Shown here: positions 51,553-61,790 of the stretch, piece by piece | Position numbering within the stretch: the stretch's first letter is position 1 | Layout of the letters: every line of letters begins with the position of its first letter | Assembly: GCA_019117285.1 (NCBI GenBank) | Contig: DXAA01000013.1 | Location: 2,373 to 66,372 of the forward strand | Direction of reading: 5' to 3' | From: Candidatus Limosilactobacillus intestinigallinarum | GTDB lineage: Bacteria > Bacillota > Bacilli > Lactobacillales > Lactobacillaceae | Length of the DNA stretch: 64,000 bases | Translations under genes and position numbers: made by a program | The notes under the pieces: model-generated | What the model was told of the DNA's origin: nothing | The model's database searches: none | What the model saw: only the letters and a program-made list of their open reading frames with translations

Positions 51553-51834
51553 ATGATTATGGATTTGCAATTCTTCTCCCACCACAAGGGGGGCGGTTCC
51601 ACTGCCAACGGTCGGAACTCAGCTGGTCGTCGTCTGGGGACCAAGGCTGCTGATGGCTCAGTAGTTACTGCTGGTTCAATCATCTACCGTCAACGTGGTA
51701 CGCACATCAACCCAGGTGAAAACGTGGGCCGTGGTGGCGACGATACCCTTTACGCTAAGGTAGCCGGTGTTGTTAAGTTCGAACGCATGGGCCGCAGCAA
51801 GCGGAAGGTATCTGTTTACCCAGTTGCCGAATAA
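51553..51834 (+). CDS. rpmA: 50S ribosomal protein L27 with Prp-cleaved N-terminal extension
   Basis: [23 protein letters not shown]...RQRGT. Confidence 0.99.
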   Translation: MIMDLQFFSHHKGGGSTANGRNSAGRRLGTKAADGSVVTAGSIIYRQRGTHINPGENVGRGGDDTLYAKVAGVVKFERMGRSKRKVSVYPVAE

Positions 51835-51893
51835 TAATGAAAAAGCACTGCCTTGCGCGGTGCTTTTTTTGTACAAAAAATGGAGGATCTACA

Positions 51894-52970
51894 ATGACAC
51901 GAATCGAACGCCTGCAAAAGCGCCTACCTAAGCTCTATATCGATGCCTTTCTGGTAACCGATCACGATAACATCTTCTATCTGACCGGCTTCGACCTGAT
52001 GGCGGGGGATGGTTATCTGCTGGTGACCGCTAACGACGCCATCATCGTCTCCGATGACCGCTACCAACTGGCCCTGGCGGAATTCGACAATGACGAGGTG
52101 GTGGCGACGATCACTCGGGACTACTACGGGGCCCTCAACAAGATCTGTCAGGCTCTCAAGGTGACCGTGCTCGGCTATGAGGATACTGTCTCTTACCGGC
52201 TCTATGATGTCCTGGACGAGGTGATGGTGGCCGATATCGTGCCCTTCACCAACTTAATCGAGAAGATGCGGATGATCAAGGACAGCGACGAACTGGCCAA
52301 GCTTCAGCGGGCCGCTGACCTGCAGGCCCGGGGCTACCAGTATGTCTTAGGCCAGGTCCATCCCGGGATGACAGAGCGCCAATTGGCCAACCAGCTGGAC
52401 TTCTGGATGAAGGAGCACGGGGCCAGTGGGGCCTCCTTCCCGACGATCATGGCCAGTGGGGAGAATTCAGCTAAGCCCCACGCTACGGCGGGTGACCGGG
52501 TGATTAGCGACGGGGACGTGGTGACCCTGGACTTCGGCTACTTCGTCGATGGTTATACCGCCGACATGACCCGGACATTTGCGGTCGGCTCAATTGATCC
52601 CGAGCTCCGCGACGTCTACGCGATCGTCAACACCGCCCGCCAGCAGGTGATCGACCATATTAAGGTCGGCATCCACGGGGATGTCCTGGATGCGTACGGG
52701 CGCCAGTTGATTGAAGAGGCTGGCTATGCTGACGAGTTTAACCACGGGATGGGTCACGGCATTGGGCTGGCGGTGCACGAGTTGCCGGCCAGCTATGGCC
52801 CGGCCGCCACGGATGTCAAGCTGCACAACAATGAGGTGATCACGGTCGAACCGGGAATCTACATTCCCGAGATCGGCGGGGTCCGGATCGAGGACGATGT
52901 CGTAGTAACCCACGGCGGCCCCCGGGTTCTGACCACGGCGCCGACCGATCTGGAGATTGTGGGGGACTGA
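51894..52970 (+). CDS. Xaa-Pro peptidase (M24, YqhT-like)
   Basis: YLTGF, LDFG, ADMTRT, HGMGHGIGL.VHE, TVEPGIY, GVRIEDD; GGAGG SD before 51894. Confidence 0.93.
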   Translation: MTRIERLQKRLPKLYIDAFLVTDHDNIFYLTGFDLMAGDGYLLVTANDAIIVSDDRYQLALAEFDNDEVVATITRDYYGALNKICQALKVTVLGYEDTVSYRLYDVLDEVMVADIVPFTNLIEKMRMIKDSDELAKLQRAADLQARGYQYVLGQVHPGMTERQLANQLDFWMKEHGASGASFPTIMASGENSAKPHATAGDRVISDGDVVTLDFGYFVDGYTADMTRTFAVGSIDPELRDVYAIVNTARQQVIDHIKVGIHGDVLDAYGRQLIEEAGYADEFNHGMGHGIGLAVHELPASYGPAATDVKLHNNEVITVEPGIYIPEIGGVRIEDDVVVTHGGPRVLTTAPTDLEIVGD

Positions 52971-52972
52971 TC

Positions 52973-53647
52973 ATGAACAGCCTGGAAAAACTCTATGCCG
53001 AGATTGACCAGCGGGGGCACCGGGCCCTGGCCACCCACCAGGAAACGGTCGACCCCTACCTGACCGCGGCCAGCGACGACCGGCGGGGCCTCGCCCTGAT
53101 CCTCCATTTACCGGCCCACGTCTCCCGCAACATCAGCTTTGCCCTGCAGCCACTGCGGGCCGTGGAACCGGACCTCTACTGCTACCCGGCGGCGGACATG
53201 CACATCACCGTCATGGACGTCATCGGCGCTCATCCCGACTTGCACCTGTCCCCCGATCAGCTAGACCGTTACCGTCAGGTGATCGGGACCACGGTGGCCG
53301 TGTGCCCAGCCATTGATTGGCACCTGGCCGGGTTGATGTTGAGCCCCGGGGCCGTGATGGTCAAGGGCTACTATTCACCCGCCCTTCAGGACCTACGCGC
53401 CCGCCTACGGACCAACCTGGCTCAGGCTGGCCTGGCGCTGCACGAGCGTTACCAGACCCGGTCCGGTCACGTTACGGTAGCCCGCTTTGCCCATCCCCTG
53501 CGGGACCCACTGGCCATCATCAGGTTAATCGATGAGGAGCGCACGCTGGCCTGCGGTGACTTCACCACTCATACGGTCGACCTGGTCATCCACGACTGGT
53601 ACAACCACCGGGTCCAGCCGGTGGCCACCTTTGCCCTGGCGGAATGA
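52973..53647 (+). CDS. 2H phosphoesterase (2'-5' RNA ligase/LigT-like)
   Basis: Two HxT motifs (MHITV, GHVTV) about 90 aa apart; DDRRGL N-terminal motif. Confidence 0.8.
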   Translation: MNSLEKLYAEIDQRGHRALATHQETVDPYLTAASDDRRGLALILHLPAHVSRNISFALQPLRAVEPDLYCYPAADMHITVMDVIGAHPDLHLSPDQLDRYRQVIGTTVAVCPAIDWHLAGLMLSPGAVMVKGYYSPALQDLRARLRTNLAQAGLALHERYQTRSGHVTVARFAHPLRDPLAIIRLIDEERTLACGDFTTHTVDLVIHDWYNHRVQPVATFALAE

Positions 53648-53748
53648 CCCCGGGACATTGATTTTTGTCCCTGTTTAGTGCAAAATAGAATAAGTAATCT
53701 AAAATTGGGCTGAATAGCCCGATGACGAAGAGAAGTGGAGGACTAGTA

Positions 53749-54195
53749 ATGGCAGAAGATTCAAAGATTATCCTCAACAGTGATGATCAGTCCCTCGGCA
53801 CGATCCAGATTGCCCCACGTGTACTGGAGATCATTGCGGGGATTGCCGCTAGTGAAGTCGACGGTGTTTCAAAGATGTACGGCACGTTTGCCAACAGCGT
53901 CAGTGAACTGCTCGGTCGTTCCGACTACCGGCGCGGCGTGAAGATCGCCAACGACCAGGACGAATTGGCAATCGATGTCGACGTCTACGTTGAATATGGT
54001 GTTTCCGTGCCTAAGGTGGCCGGCCTGATCCAGGAGCGGATCAAGCAACAGGTAGCCCTGATGACCAGCCTGAAGGTCACCGAGGTCAATGTCCATGTAA
54101 AGGGCATTGTGGCAGCGGTTGAAGATCAGGCCGTTGACCCGGATGACATCTTTGGTGAGAAGAAGGATAATGAAGAAGCGGGGGATCACGAATGA
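53749..54195 (+). CDS. Asp23/Gls24 family protein (YqhY-like)
   Basis: LGTIQIAPRVLEIIAGIAA, YGVSVPKVA, VNVHVKGI; upstream of nusB. Confidence 0.92.
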   Translation: MAEDSKIILNSDDQSLGTIQIAPRVLEIIAGIAASEVDGVSKMYGTFANSVSELLGRSDYRRGVKIANDQDELAIDVDVYVEYGVSVPKVAGLIQERIKQQVALMTSLKVTEVNVHVKGIVAAVEDQAVDPDDIFGEKKDNEEAGDHE

Positions 54196-54602
54196 GTTTA
54201 AGTCGACACCAGGTTCGTGAGGAGGCCTTCCAAGTCCTGTTTGCCCTGCAGACGGATGCGGACGCCGACCTTGCCACCATCTACCAATCAATTCCCCATC
54301 ACGACCAGCACCAGATTCCAGAATATCTGAAGACCCTGGTCGAGGGGGTCAATGAACACCAGGGGGAACTGGATCAGGAGATCAGCTCCCTGTTGGCCGA
54401 CAACTGGACGATTGACCGGCTCGCCAAGCCCGACCTGGTCATTCTGCGCCTCGGTCTGTTCGAGATGCAGTACGTTGATGACGTGCCAACGGCGGTCGCC
54501 ATTAATGAGGCATTGGAGCTGGCCAAGACCTTCAGCAATGACCAGTCACGCAAGTTCATCAATGGGGCCCTGGGAAAGTTCGAACGTCAACTAGCAAATT
54601 AA
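54192..54602 (+). CDS. nusB: Transcription antitermination factor NusB
   Basis: RHQVRE.AFQ.LF, W...RL...D..ILRL, INEALELAK, FINGAL. Confidence 0.97.
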   Translation: MSLSRHQVREEAFQVLFALQTDADADLATIYQSIPHHDQHQIPEYLKTLVEGVNEHQGELDQEISSLLADNWTIDRLAKPDLVILRLGLFEMQYVDDVPTAVAINEALELAKTFSNDQSRKFINGALGKFERQLAN

Positions 54603-54728
54603 ATGGATAAACGCTGATCACTTGCCGGGCAAGGATCGGCGTTTTTTGGGACTTCGGCGGGCCTTTGTGACCGTTGATGAACATGGTAAAATAGGCACTG
54701 GCACTTAATTTTAGGAGGGGGACTTGCA

Positions 54729-55592
54729 ATGGCAACAGTAATTGACGGCCGTCATTTGGCCGCCGAGCTGAACCAAGCGACGGCTAAACGAGCCGCCAAA
54801 CTCGCCGCGCGCGGGATCAAGCCGGGAATCGTGGTGATCCTCGTCGGGGATGATCCGGCCAGCCTCATCTACACCCGCAACAAACACCGTCGGGCCGCAA
54901 AGATGGGGATCCGGTCGATCCTGAAGAAGTTTCCCGCCGATGTTGACCAGGCAACCGTGATGGCCGCCATTGACCAATACAACCGGGACGATACGATCGA
55001 TGCTATCCTGGTCCAGGAGCCGCTGCCGGCCCACCTCGATGGCCTGGCAATCACCAACGCCATCCGGCCGGACAAGGACATTGATGGTCTCCATCCGACC
55101 AACCTGGGGAAGCTCTACGCCAACCAACCGGGAAACTACCCGGTGGCCTGCACCCCGCGGGGAATTATGGCCATGTTGCGGCATTACCAGGTTAAACTGA
55201 CGGGGAAACAGGCAACGATTGTGGGACGCAGTATCTTGGTTGGCAAGCCCCTGGCCGCCCTGTTGACTAACGCCGACATGACGGTCACGATTACCAATCG
55301 GCACACCTCAAATCTGCGGGCCGTCACCCGGCAGGCGGATGTTCTGATTGTGGCGGCGGGCCGCCCCGGCCTGATCACGGCGGCAGACGTCAAGCCCGGC
55401 GCCGTGGTAATTGACGTCGGCATCAACCGGCTGTCATCCGGTAAGCTGACCGGTGACGTTGATTTCGCTGGGGTACAGGACGTGGCCAGCCTGATCACAC
55501 CGGTTCCCGGTGGGGTTGGGCCAATGACGATTGCCAGCCTGATGGCCCAGACGGTCGACCTGGCAGAATGGAGGCAGCATGGACAGGAGTAA
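54729..55592 (+). CDS. folD: Methylenetetrahydrofolate dehydrogenase/cyclohydrolase
   Basis: [34 protein letters not shown]. Confidence 0.97.
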   Translation: MATVIDGRHLAAELNQATAKRAAKLAARGIKPGIVVILVGDDPASLIYTRNKHRRAAKMGIRSILKKFPADVDQATVMAAIDQYNRDDTIDAILVQEPLPAHLDGLAITNAIRPDKDIDGLHPTNLGKLYANQPGNYPVACTPRGIMAMLRHYQVKLTGKQATIVGRSILVGKPLAALLTNADMTVTITNRHTSNLRAVTRQADVLIVAAGRPGLITAADVKPGAVVIDVGINRLSSGKLTGDVDFAGVQDVASLITPVPGGVGPMTIASLMAQTVDLAEWRQHGQE

Positions 55593-56916
55593 GTATCTAA
55601 CGGTCAGTCAGCTGACCCGGTATCTGAAGCTTAAGTTTGACCGGGACCCTTACCTGCAGACCGTCTACCTGACGGGGGAGTTGTCCAACTTCCGCTTGCG
55701 CCAACGTCACCAGTACTTCAGCCTCAAGGACGATCGGGCCGTGATCGATGCGGTCATGTTCGAGAGCAAGTTCCGTCAGGTGAAGTTTCGTCCCGAGGAG
55801 GGCATGAAGCTCTTGGTGGTGGGCCACGTCGGCCTGTATGAGCGTAGCGGTCGTTACCAGATCTACATTGACCGGATGGAACCGGACGGGGTGGGATCGC
55901 TCTACGTGGCCTTTGAGCAGCTCAAGAAGAAATTGAGTGCGGAAGGCCTCTTCAACCTGCCGAAGAAGCCGATCCCCCAGTTTCCCAAACGGATCGCCGT
56001 CGTCACCAGCCTTGATGGCGCGGTGATTCGGGACATCAACACGACCGTGCGGCGGCGGTACCCGATCGCCCAGGTCGTCCTCTATCCGACGGTGGTCCAG
56101 GGGGAGAAGGCGGCGGCCGATATCGCCCGCCAGATCAACCGGGCCAACGAACGGGGGGACTTTGATACCCTGATTATCGGTCGTGGTGGGGGTTCGATTG
56201 AGGACCTCTGGCCGTTCAACGAGGAGGTGGTCGCCCGGGCGATTGCCAACAGTAAGATTCCGGTGATCTCATCGGTTGGTCACGAAACTGACACGACGAT
56301 TGCGGACCTGGTGGCTGACCAGCGGGCCGCCACCCCGACTGCGGCAGCCGAATTAGCGACGCCGGTATTGACCGACACCCTCCTGGCCATCCAGGACGAT
56401 CAGAACCGACTGGCCAACGCCATGCAAAACCGGATCGCCTTTGCCAAGAAGGAGCTGGCCAAGCAAACCCAGAGCTACATCTTCCAGCAGCCGACCCGCC
56501 TGTATGAGAACTATGCCCAGAAGGTCGACCAACTCACCCAACAACTGGTGCAGTTACAGCAGAACACCTTCGTCAACCGTCGGGCTCAGCTCCAGCAACT
56601 GACCAGCCGCCTGGCCGCGACCTCACCGCGCCACCAGATTAGCCAACAGGAGCAATTGGTGGCCCAGCTGACCAAGCAGCTGCAGACGGCGGCCCGGGCT
56701 GATTACCAACGGCGTCAGGAGAAGGTGGCCGGGCTGATCCGGCAGTTGGATTCCCTCAGCCCGCTGAAGATCATGGCCCGGGGCTACACCTACGTTACAA
56801 AGGACCAGCGCGTGGTCAACCATGCAGACCAGCTGACGGTCGGTCAGTCTGTCCAGCTGCACTTCGCTGATGGTCAGGCACTGGCCAAGATTACCAAGAT
56901 CAAGGAGCAAAAATAA
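55579..56916 (+). CDS. xseA: Exodeoxyribonuclease VII large subunit
   Basis: [38 protein letters not shown]. Confidence 0.98.
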   Translation: MDRSKYLTVSQLTRYLKLKFDRDPYLQTVYLTGELSNFRLRQRHQYFSLKDDRAVIDAVMFESKFRQVKFRPEEGMKLLVVGHVGLYERSGRYQIYIDRMEPDGVGSLYVAFEQLKKKLSAEGLFNLPKKPIPQFPKRIAVVTSLDGAVIRDINTTVRRRYPIAQVVLYPTVVQGEKAAADIARQINRANERGDFDTLIIGRGGGSIEDLWPFNEEVVARAIANSKIPVISSVGHETDTTIADLVADQRAATPTAAAELATPVLTDTLLAIQDDQNRLANAMQNRIAFAKKELAKQTQSYIFQQPTRLYENYAQKVDQLTQQLVQLQQNTFVNRRAQLQQLTSRLAATSPRHQISQQEQLVAQLTKQLQTAARADYQRRQEKVAGLIRQLDSLSPLKIMARGYTYVTKDQRVVNHADQLTVGQSVQLHFADGQALAKITKIKEQK

Positions 56917-57206
56917 TGGCAACACAGAAAGAACCAAGTTTTGAAGAACAACTGGCCCAGCTGCAGGCGATTGTCAACCAACTGGAGCAGGGGAACGTGC
57001 CGCTCGAGGAGGCTCTCCAGCAGTTTCAGGAGGGAATCAAGCTCGCCAAGAAGCTGCAGGGTAAGTTGAATGATGCCGAAAAGACCCTCGGCCACCTAAT
57101 CGATGATGATGGTAATGAACGGGTCTACGAGGGCACTGACGATGACCCCAGCAACAACGGTGGTGGTAACCGTGGCTACGGTAGCGGGGACCAGGTGAAG
57201 GGTTAA
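56916..57206 (+). CDS. xseB: Exodeoxyribonuclease VII small subunit
   Basis: SFEE.L..L..IV..LE.G.VPLEEAL..F.EG; extra Asp/Gly/Asn-rich tail. Confidence 0.95.
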   Translation: MATQKEPSFEEQLAQLQAIVNQLEQGNVPLEEALQQFQEGIKLAKKLQGKLNDAEKTLGHLIDDDGNERVYEGTDDDPSNNGGGNRGYGSGDQVKG

Positions 57207-57208
57207 TC

Positions 57209-58084
57209 ATGGTAGAGACGATTAGTGAACTAAAATCAACGATTGATGACTACCTGGGAGCCCACCTGGCGGCCGACGTCGACCAGGATACCCTCTACGA
57301 TTCGATGCGCTACTCGCTGATGGCCGGGGGTAAACGGCTGCGGCCGGCCCTAACCCTGGCGACGGTGGAGATGCTCGGCGGAACGGTCGACGACGACGTC
57401 ATGCACGCGGCAACCGCATTGGAGCTCCTCCATACCTATTCCCTGATTCACGACGACCTGCCGGCAATGGATAACGACGACCTGCGGCGGGGCAAGCCCA
57501 CCAATCACTGTCGCTATGGGGCCGGCATGGCAACCCTAGCCGGGGATGGCCTGCTGACGTTGGCCTTCCAGTGGGTGAGTGATAACAACCTGCCGGCCCC
57601 GATCCGCGCCGAGCTGACCCTGGCCCTGGCCCAGGCGGCGGGACCGGCGGGAATGGTGGCTGGCCAGGCTCGCGATATCGAAGGGGAGGGCCAGCAGCTG
57701 GCGCTCGACCAGTTGCGTTACCTGCACTGCCAGAAAACCGGGGCCCTGCTGCGCTATGCTGTGCTGGCTGGTGGGATTATTACTAACCAGCCACGGCCAA
57801 TCAAGGCGGCCCTGGCGGATTTTGGGGCCCAGTTTGGTCTGGCCTTCCAGATCTATGATGACCTGATGGATGTCCTGGGCACAACCGTGCAGATGGGCAA
57901 GGCCGTTCATAAGGATGCCGGTGAGCACAAGAACACCTACCCGGGTCTGTTGGGAACCACCGGGGCAAAGGACCAACTCCACCAGGCTCTTCAGGCGGCC
58001 AAGACCGCCCAGACGAAGCTCGGGCAGCTGACCGGCCGCTCGTTTGCCGGTTACGACCAGTTTTTAGCATACTTTAAATTGTAG
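57209..58084 (+). CDS. ispA: Geranyltranstransferase (FPP synthase)
   Basis: GGKRLRP, HDDLPAMDNDDLRRG, KTG, FQIYDD. Confidence 0.93.
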   Translation: MVETISELKSTIDDYLGAHLAADVDQDTLYDSMRYSLMAGGKRLRPALTLATVEMLGGTVDDDVMHAATALELLHTYSLIHDDLPAMDNDDLRRGKPTNHCRYGAGMATLAGDGLLTLAFQWVSDNNLPAPIRAELTLALAQAAGPAGMVAGQARDIEGEGQQLALDQLRYLHCQKTGALLRYAVLAGGIITNQPRPIKAALADFGAQFGLAFQIYDDLMDVLGTTVQMGKAVHKDAGEHKNTYPGLLGTTGAKDQLHQALQAAKTAQTKLGQLTGRSFAGYDQFLAYFKL

Positions 58085-58096
58085 AGGAACTTAGGA

Positions 58097-58921
58097 ATGA
58101 AAAAAGAACGCGTAGATGTATTATTAGTGCAGCAGGGGCTCTTTGACTCCCGGGAACAGGCCAAACGTTCGGTGATGGCCGGTGAGATCCTGGGGAAGAA
58201 CAACGAGCGCCTCGACAAGCCCGGCCAGAAGATTCCGGTGACGACCACCCTGCACATGAAGGGGCACAAGATGCCCTACGTCAGTCGGGGCGGGTTGAAA
58301 CTGGCCAAGGCCCTGAAGGTTTTTGACATCAGTGTTCGGGACAAGACGGTCCTGGACATCGGTTCATCGACCGGGGGCTTCACCGATGTGATGTTGCAAA
58401 ACGGCGCTAAATTGAGTTACGCTCTAGATGTCGGGACCAACCAGTTGGTCTGGCAGCTGCGGGAGGACCCCCGGGTGGTCGTGATGGAGCAGACGAACTT
58501 CCGTTACAGCACCCTGGATGACTTCACCCATGGCCAACCGGAGTTTGCCTCCATCGACGTCTCCTTCATCTCACTACGGCTGATCCTGCCGCCACTGGCC
58601 CAGATCCTGCAGATGGGCGGCGAAGTGGTGGCCCTGATCAAGCCCCAGTTTGAGGCCGGTAAGGAGCACGTCGGCAAGCACGGGATTGTTCGGGACCACG
58701 CCGTTCACCGCACCGTTCTGGCGGAGGTTCTCAAGTTTGCCAATGAGGATCACTTCGATGTGTTAGGACTAGACTATTCACCGATCAAGGGTGGCCAGGG
58801 GAATATCGAATTCCTGGCTCACCTCAAGCTGACCGACCGGCCGGGAACCGTGTCATCAACGGTTGATATTGACCGGGTCCTCGCGGCGGCCGATCAGGAT
58901 CTAAACCAAAAGGAAAAGTAG
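58097..58921 (+). CDS. tlyA: TlyA family rRNA methyltransferase
   Basis: S4 domain, YVSRGGLKL, DIGSSTGGFT, DVSFISL, LIKPQFE, GNIEFL. Confidence 0.95.
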   Translation: MKKERVDVLLVQQGLFDSREQAKRSVMAGEILGKNNERLDKPGQKIPVTTTLHMKGHKMPYVSRGGLKLAKALKVFDISVRDKTVLDIGSSTGGFTDVMLQNGAKLSYALDVGTNQLVWQLREDPRVVVMEQTNFRYSTLDDFTHGQPEFASIDVSFISLRLILPPLAQILQMGGEVVALIKPQFEAGKEHVGKHGIVRDHAVHRTVLAEVLKFANEDHFDVLGLDYSPIKGGQGNIEFLAHLKLTDRPGTVSSTVDIDRVLAAADQDLNQKEK

Positions 58922-58931
58922 GGAGTTTACT

Positions 58932-59387
58932 ATGAAAAAGGCAGAACGTCAGGAGAAGATTCGGGAGATCATCACGGCGGAAAGCATTGAGCGCCAGGAG
59001 GACCTGGTGAAACGCCTGAACGAATTGGGACTGCGAGTCACGCAGGCGACGATCTCACGGGACATCAAGGAAATGCAACTGGTCAAGATTCCGGCCGAAA
59101 ACGGTGGCTACCGGTACGGCCTGCCGGCTTACCACCGGCAGAGTGATGAGCACCAACTGATGGACGTCCTCCAAGACAGCCTGATGGGGTTGAAGCGCAG
59201 TGATCGCTTCTTAGCATTGACGGTCCACCCGGGGAATGGGCCGGTGGTCGCCGTCCTTCTGCGGCGGGTGGACTACTCATCCATTTTCACGACCATTGGG
59301 GATGACGCCAGCGTACTGATCGTCTGTGTCTCGGCGGATGCGGCGGTCCAGCTGGAGAAGAAGTTAAACGAATTAGCAAACAACTAA
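58932..59387 (+). CDS. argR: Arginine repressor ArgR/AhrC
   Basis: TQATISRDI, PGNG, GDD; tlyA-argR-recN order. Confidence 0.92.
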   Translation: MKKAERQEKIREIITAESIERQEDLVKRLNELGLRVTQATISRDIKEMQLVKIPAENGGYRYGLPAYHRQSDEHQLMDVLQDSLMGLKRSDRFLALTVHPGNGPVVAVLLRRVDYSSIFTTIGDDASVLIVCVSADAAVQLEKKLNELANN

Positions 59388-59400
59388 GGCGGGTGAGCGT

Positions 59401-61089
59401 GTGCTGCAAGAACTGACAATTGATAACCTGGCAATCATCAAGCACCTGACCCTCGATTTTGCCGATCAGATGACGGTGCTGACGGGTGAGACCGGGGCCG
59501 GGAAGTCGATCATCATCGACGCGGTTGGCCTTCTCGCCGGTGGTCGGGGGTCCCAGGAGTATATTCGCCGGGGAGAGGACAAGTTGAGCCTCCAGGGCCA
59601 GTTTGCCATCCCCACGGACCCGGCCATGAGTGATCTGCTGGATTCAATGGGGATCGACCACGAAGACGGGATGCTGATCATCTCGCGGGAGATCCACCGC
59701 AACGGGCGCAACATCATCCGGGTCAACGGGGAATTGATCAACACGACGATGCTGCGCAAGATCGGGGCGCACCTGGTCGATATTCAGGGGCAAAATGAGC
59801 ACCAGCGCCTGATGCAGCCGGAGACCCACCTGGGGATGCTGGACCAATTTGCTGGCGCGGCGGTGGCCCCGCTGCTGGCCAAGTACCAGGCGCATTACCA
59901 GGATTATGTCAAGCTCAAGGCGGCCGTAAACAAGAAGCAGGCCAATGAACAACAATGGGCTCAGCGGCTGGACATGCTTCGCTACCAGGTCAAGGAGATC
60001 AGTGCAGCCAACCTGAAGCCCAACGAGGAGGATGAACTGACCAGTGAGCGGGACCGGCTGGAACACTTCCAGCAGATCAACAACGCCCTCCAGCAGGCGG
60101 TGGCCACCTTCAACGAGGGGGAGGCCCCGGTCCTCGACCAGATTGCGACCGTGATGGACGCCATCAACGGGATCGCGGACTTCGACGATGCCTATGATCA
60201 GTTGAGCAAGTCCTTAAACGACGCCTACTACGCCCTCCAGGATGTGGCCAACGAGGCCGGTCAGCAGTTGGACCTTTTGGAGTTTGATGACGGTCGCCTG
60301 GCGGAAATCGACCAGCGGCTGACGACGATCGGGGACCTGGAGCATAAGTACGGTGATCGGGTCGACGACGTCCTAGCCTATTATGCCAAGATCAAGCAGG
60401 AACTCGACGAGATGGAGAGTGCCGCCGACAGCAATAGTGACCTGGAACAGCGGTTAGCCGCGGCCGAAGGGGAACTCAAGGGGCTCGGTAAGCAGCTCAG
60501 TCAGGTTCGGCAGAAGGCCGCCCACGAGCTCGCCAAACGGGTTCATCAGCAGCTGCAGGAACTCTACATGGCCAAGGCCGACTTCGAGGTCCACTTTGCC
60601 AACCACGGGGCCGACCAGTTCACGCCGACCGGGATCGATGAGGTTGAATTCTACATCCGGACCAACCCTGGCGAGACGATGGGCCCCCTGGCCAAGATTG
60701 CCTCGGGTGGGGAGCTGTCCCGGGTGATGCTGGCCCTGAAGACGATCTTCGCCCAGAACGAGGGGGTTACCAGCATTATCTTCGATGAGGTCGATACCGG
60801 GGTCAGCGGCCGGGTCGCCCAGGCAATTGCCGACAAGATCAAGCTGATTGCCGCTCATTCCCAAGTGCTCTGCATCACCCACCTGCCCCAGGTGGCTGCG
60901 GTCGCCCAGCACCACTTCCTGATCAAGAAGGGCGTCCATGATAACCGGACAACGACTCGGGTCACCGCCCTGACGGCTGCCCAGCGGGTCGATGAACTGG
61001 CGCGGATGCTGTCAGGGGAGAAGATCACCCAGCTGACCCGGGAACACGCCCAGGAACTGCTGGAGATGGCCCATCCCAATGGAAAATAG
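59401..61089 (+). CDS. recN: DNA repair protein RecN
   Basis: TGETGAGKS, ASGGELSRVML, FDEVDTGVSG, ITHLPQVAA. Confidence 0.98.
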   Translation: MLQELTIDNLAIIKHLTLDFADQMTVLTGETGAGKSIIIDAVGLLAGGRGSQEYIRRGEDKLSLQGQFAIPTDPAMSDLLDSMGIDHEDGMLIISREIHRNGRNIIRVNGELINTTMLRKIGAHLVDIQGQNEHQRLMQPETHLGMLDQFAGAAVAPLLAKYQAHYQDYVKLKAAVNKKQANEQQWAQRLDMLRYQVKEISAANLKPNEEDELTSERDRLEHFQQINNALQQAVATFNEGEAPVLDQIATVMDAINGIADFDDAYDQLSKSLNDAYYALQDVANEAGQQLDLLEFDDGRLAEIDQRLTTIGDLEHKYGDRVDDVLAYYAKIKQELDEMESAADSNSDLEQRLAAAEGELKGLGKQLSQVRQKAAHELAKRVHQQLQELYMAKADFEVHFANHGADQFTPTGIDEVEFYIRTNPGETMGPLAKIASGGELSRVMLALKTIFAQNEGVTSIIFDEVDTGVSGRVAQAIADKIKLIAAHSQVLCITHLPQVAAVAQHHFLIKKGVHDNRTTTRVTALTAAQRVDELARMLSGEKITQLTREHAQELLEMAHPNGK

Positions 61090-61135
61090 AAAAAACACTC
61101 ACGACTGTCAGAAATGCCGATCGTGAGTGTTTTTT
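61090..61135. terminator. Bidirectional recN terminator (IS target site)
   Basis: AAAAAACACTCACGA...TCGTGAGTGTTTTTT. Confidence 0.85.
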
Positions 61136-61622
61136 GGTTCTTCGTCAAGAAGTACTGATGAGAAAATAGAATAAGTTTTTAAGCAGCTCGTGTCTGGAAT
61201 TTGGCACGAGCTGTTCTTTTATTATTCCAGTTGATGGTCACATATGAATTAGGTAAGGCGAGCAGGATGCGAGCCCGAAAATTGAAGAAGTTGCGGAAAC
61301 CATAAGCGGTTCGTTTAATGACTTTAATCTTGTTATTTGTCCCTTCTACGGGGCCATTAGTATAATGTCGATATTTAAAGCTGTTAATAATCTCTAATTT
61401 ATGGATTCGCAAGGTTCGTTGTTACCTTGATCTTTAAAGTGCGCCGTATCTAATTCAAGGTGGGTATCTTTAATTCCAAGAGCAGCTTTGGTAGAATAAT
61501 CCATGAAAGATGGTCCTTTCTTTACGAAGACGGGGTTCCGAGCCATCTTTCGTTTTTTATTTTAAATTTAAACCAAAATAAGTACCGATGTTAAATCCAT
61601 CAGTACTTAAAATTGTAGAATC
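61136..61622 (-). mobile_element. Internally deleted, non-autonomous ISL3-family element (487 bp)
   Basis: Imperfect 25 bp terminal IRs (GGTTCTTCGTCAAGAAGTACTGATG vs GATTCTACAATTTTAAGTACTGATG, 17/25 identical). GTGTTTTT flanks both ends, with one extra T on the left. Transposase N- and C-terminal stubs lie inside. Confidence 0.85.
61179..61504 (-). pseudogene. ISL3 transposase remnant
   Basis: N-terminal stub MDYSTKAALGIKDTHLELDTAHFKDQGN (ATG 61504) is joined out of frame to the C-terminal TNGPVEGTNNKIKVIKRTAYGFRNF motif; the central region is missing. Confidence 0.88.
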
Positions 61623-61696
61623 GTGTTTTTGAAAGTGGGCAAGGAAACACATTCTTTTAAGGACGTGATGAATTGCCGACTGTTTTAGCTTTTAAC

Positions 61697-61725
61697 CGAA
61701 CATATGTTTTGAGATATGATATAAT
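61697..61725 (+). promoter_or_regulatory. tnpB promoter with a LexA-like box at the -35 position
   Basis: CGAAC-ATAT-GTTTT (61697-61710) followed by an extended -10 TG-A-TATAAT (61717-61725). Confidence 0.6.
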
Positions 61726-61790
61726 ATACTTAACAGAAAGATTGGTGTTTAGATGTTAATTAACTTTGTTGACTGACCGCTGATGAAGGA

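Noticed and set aside
2419-60939. Many long antisense or alternate-frame ORFs (e.g. 3325-4362, 20948-21817, 26783-27655, 46897-47916)
   Set aside because: They shadow well-identified genes and are expected from GC-rich third positions depleting stop codons; none shows a recognisable motif.
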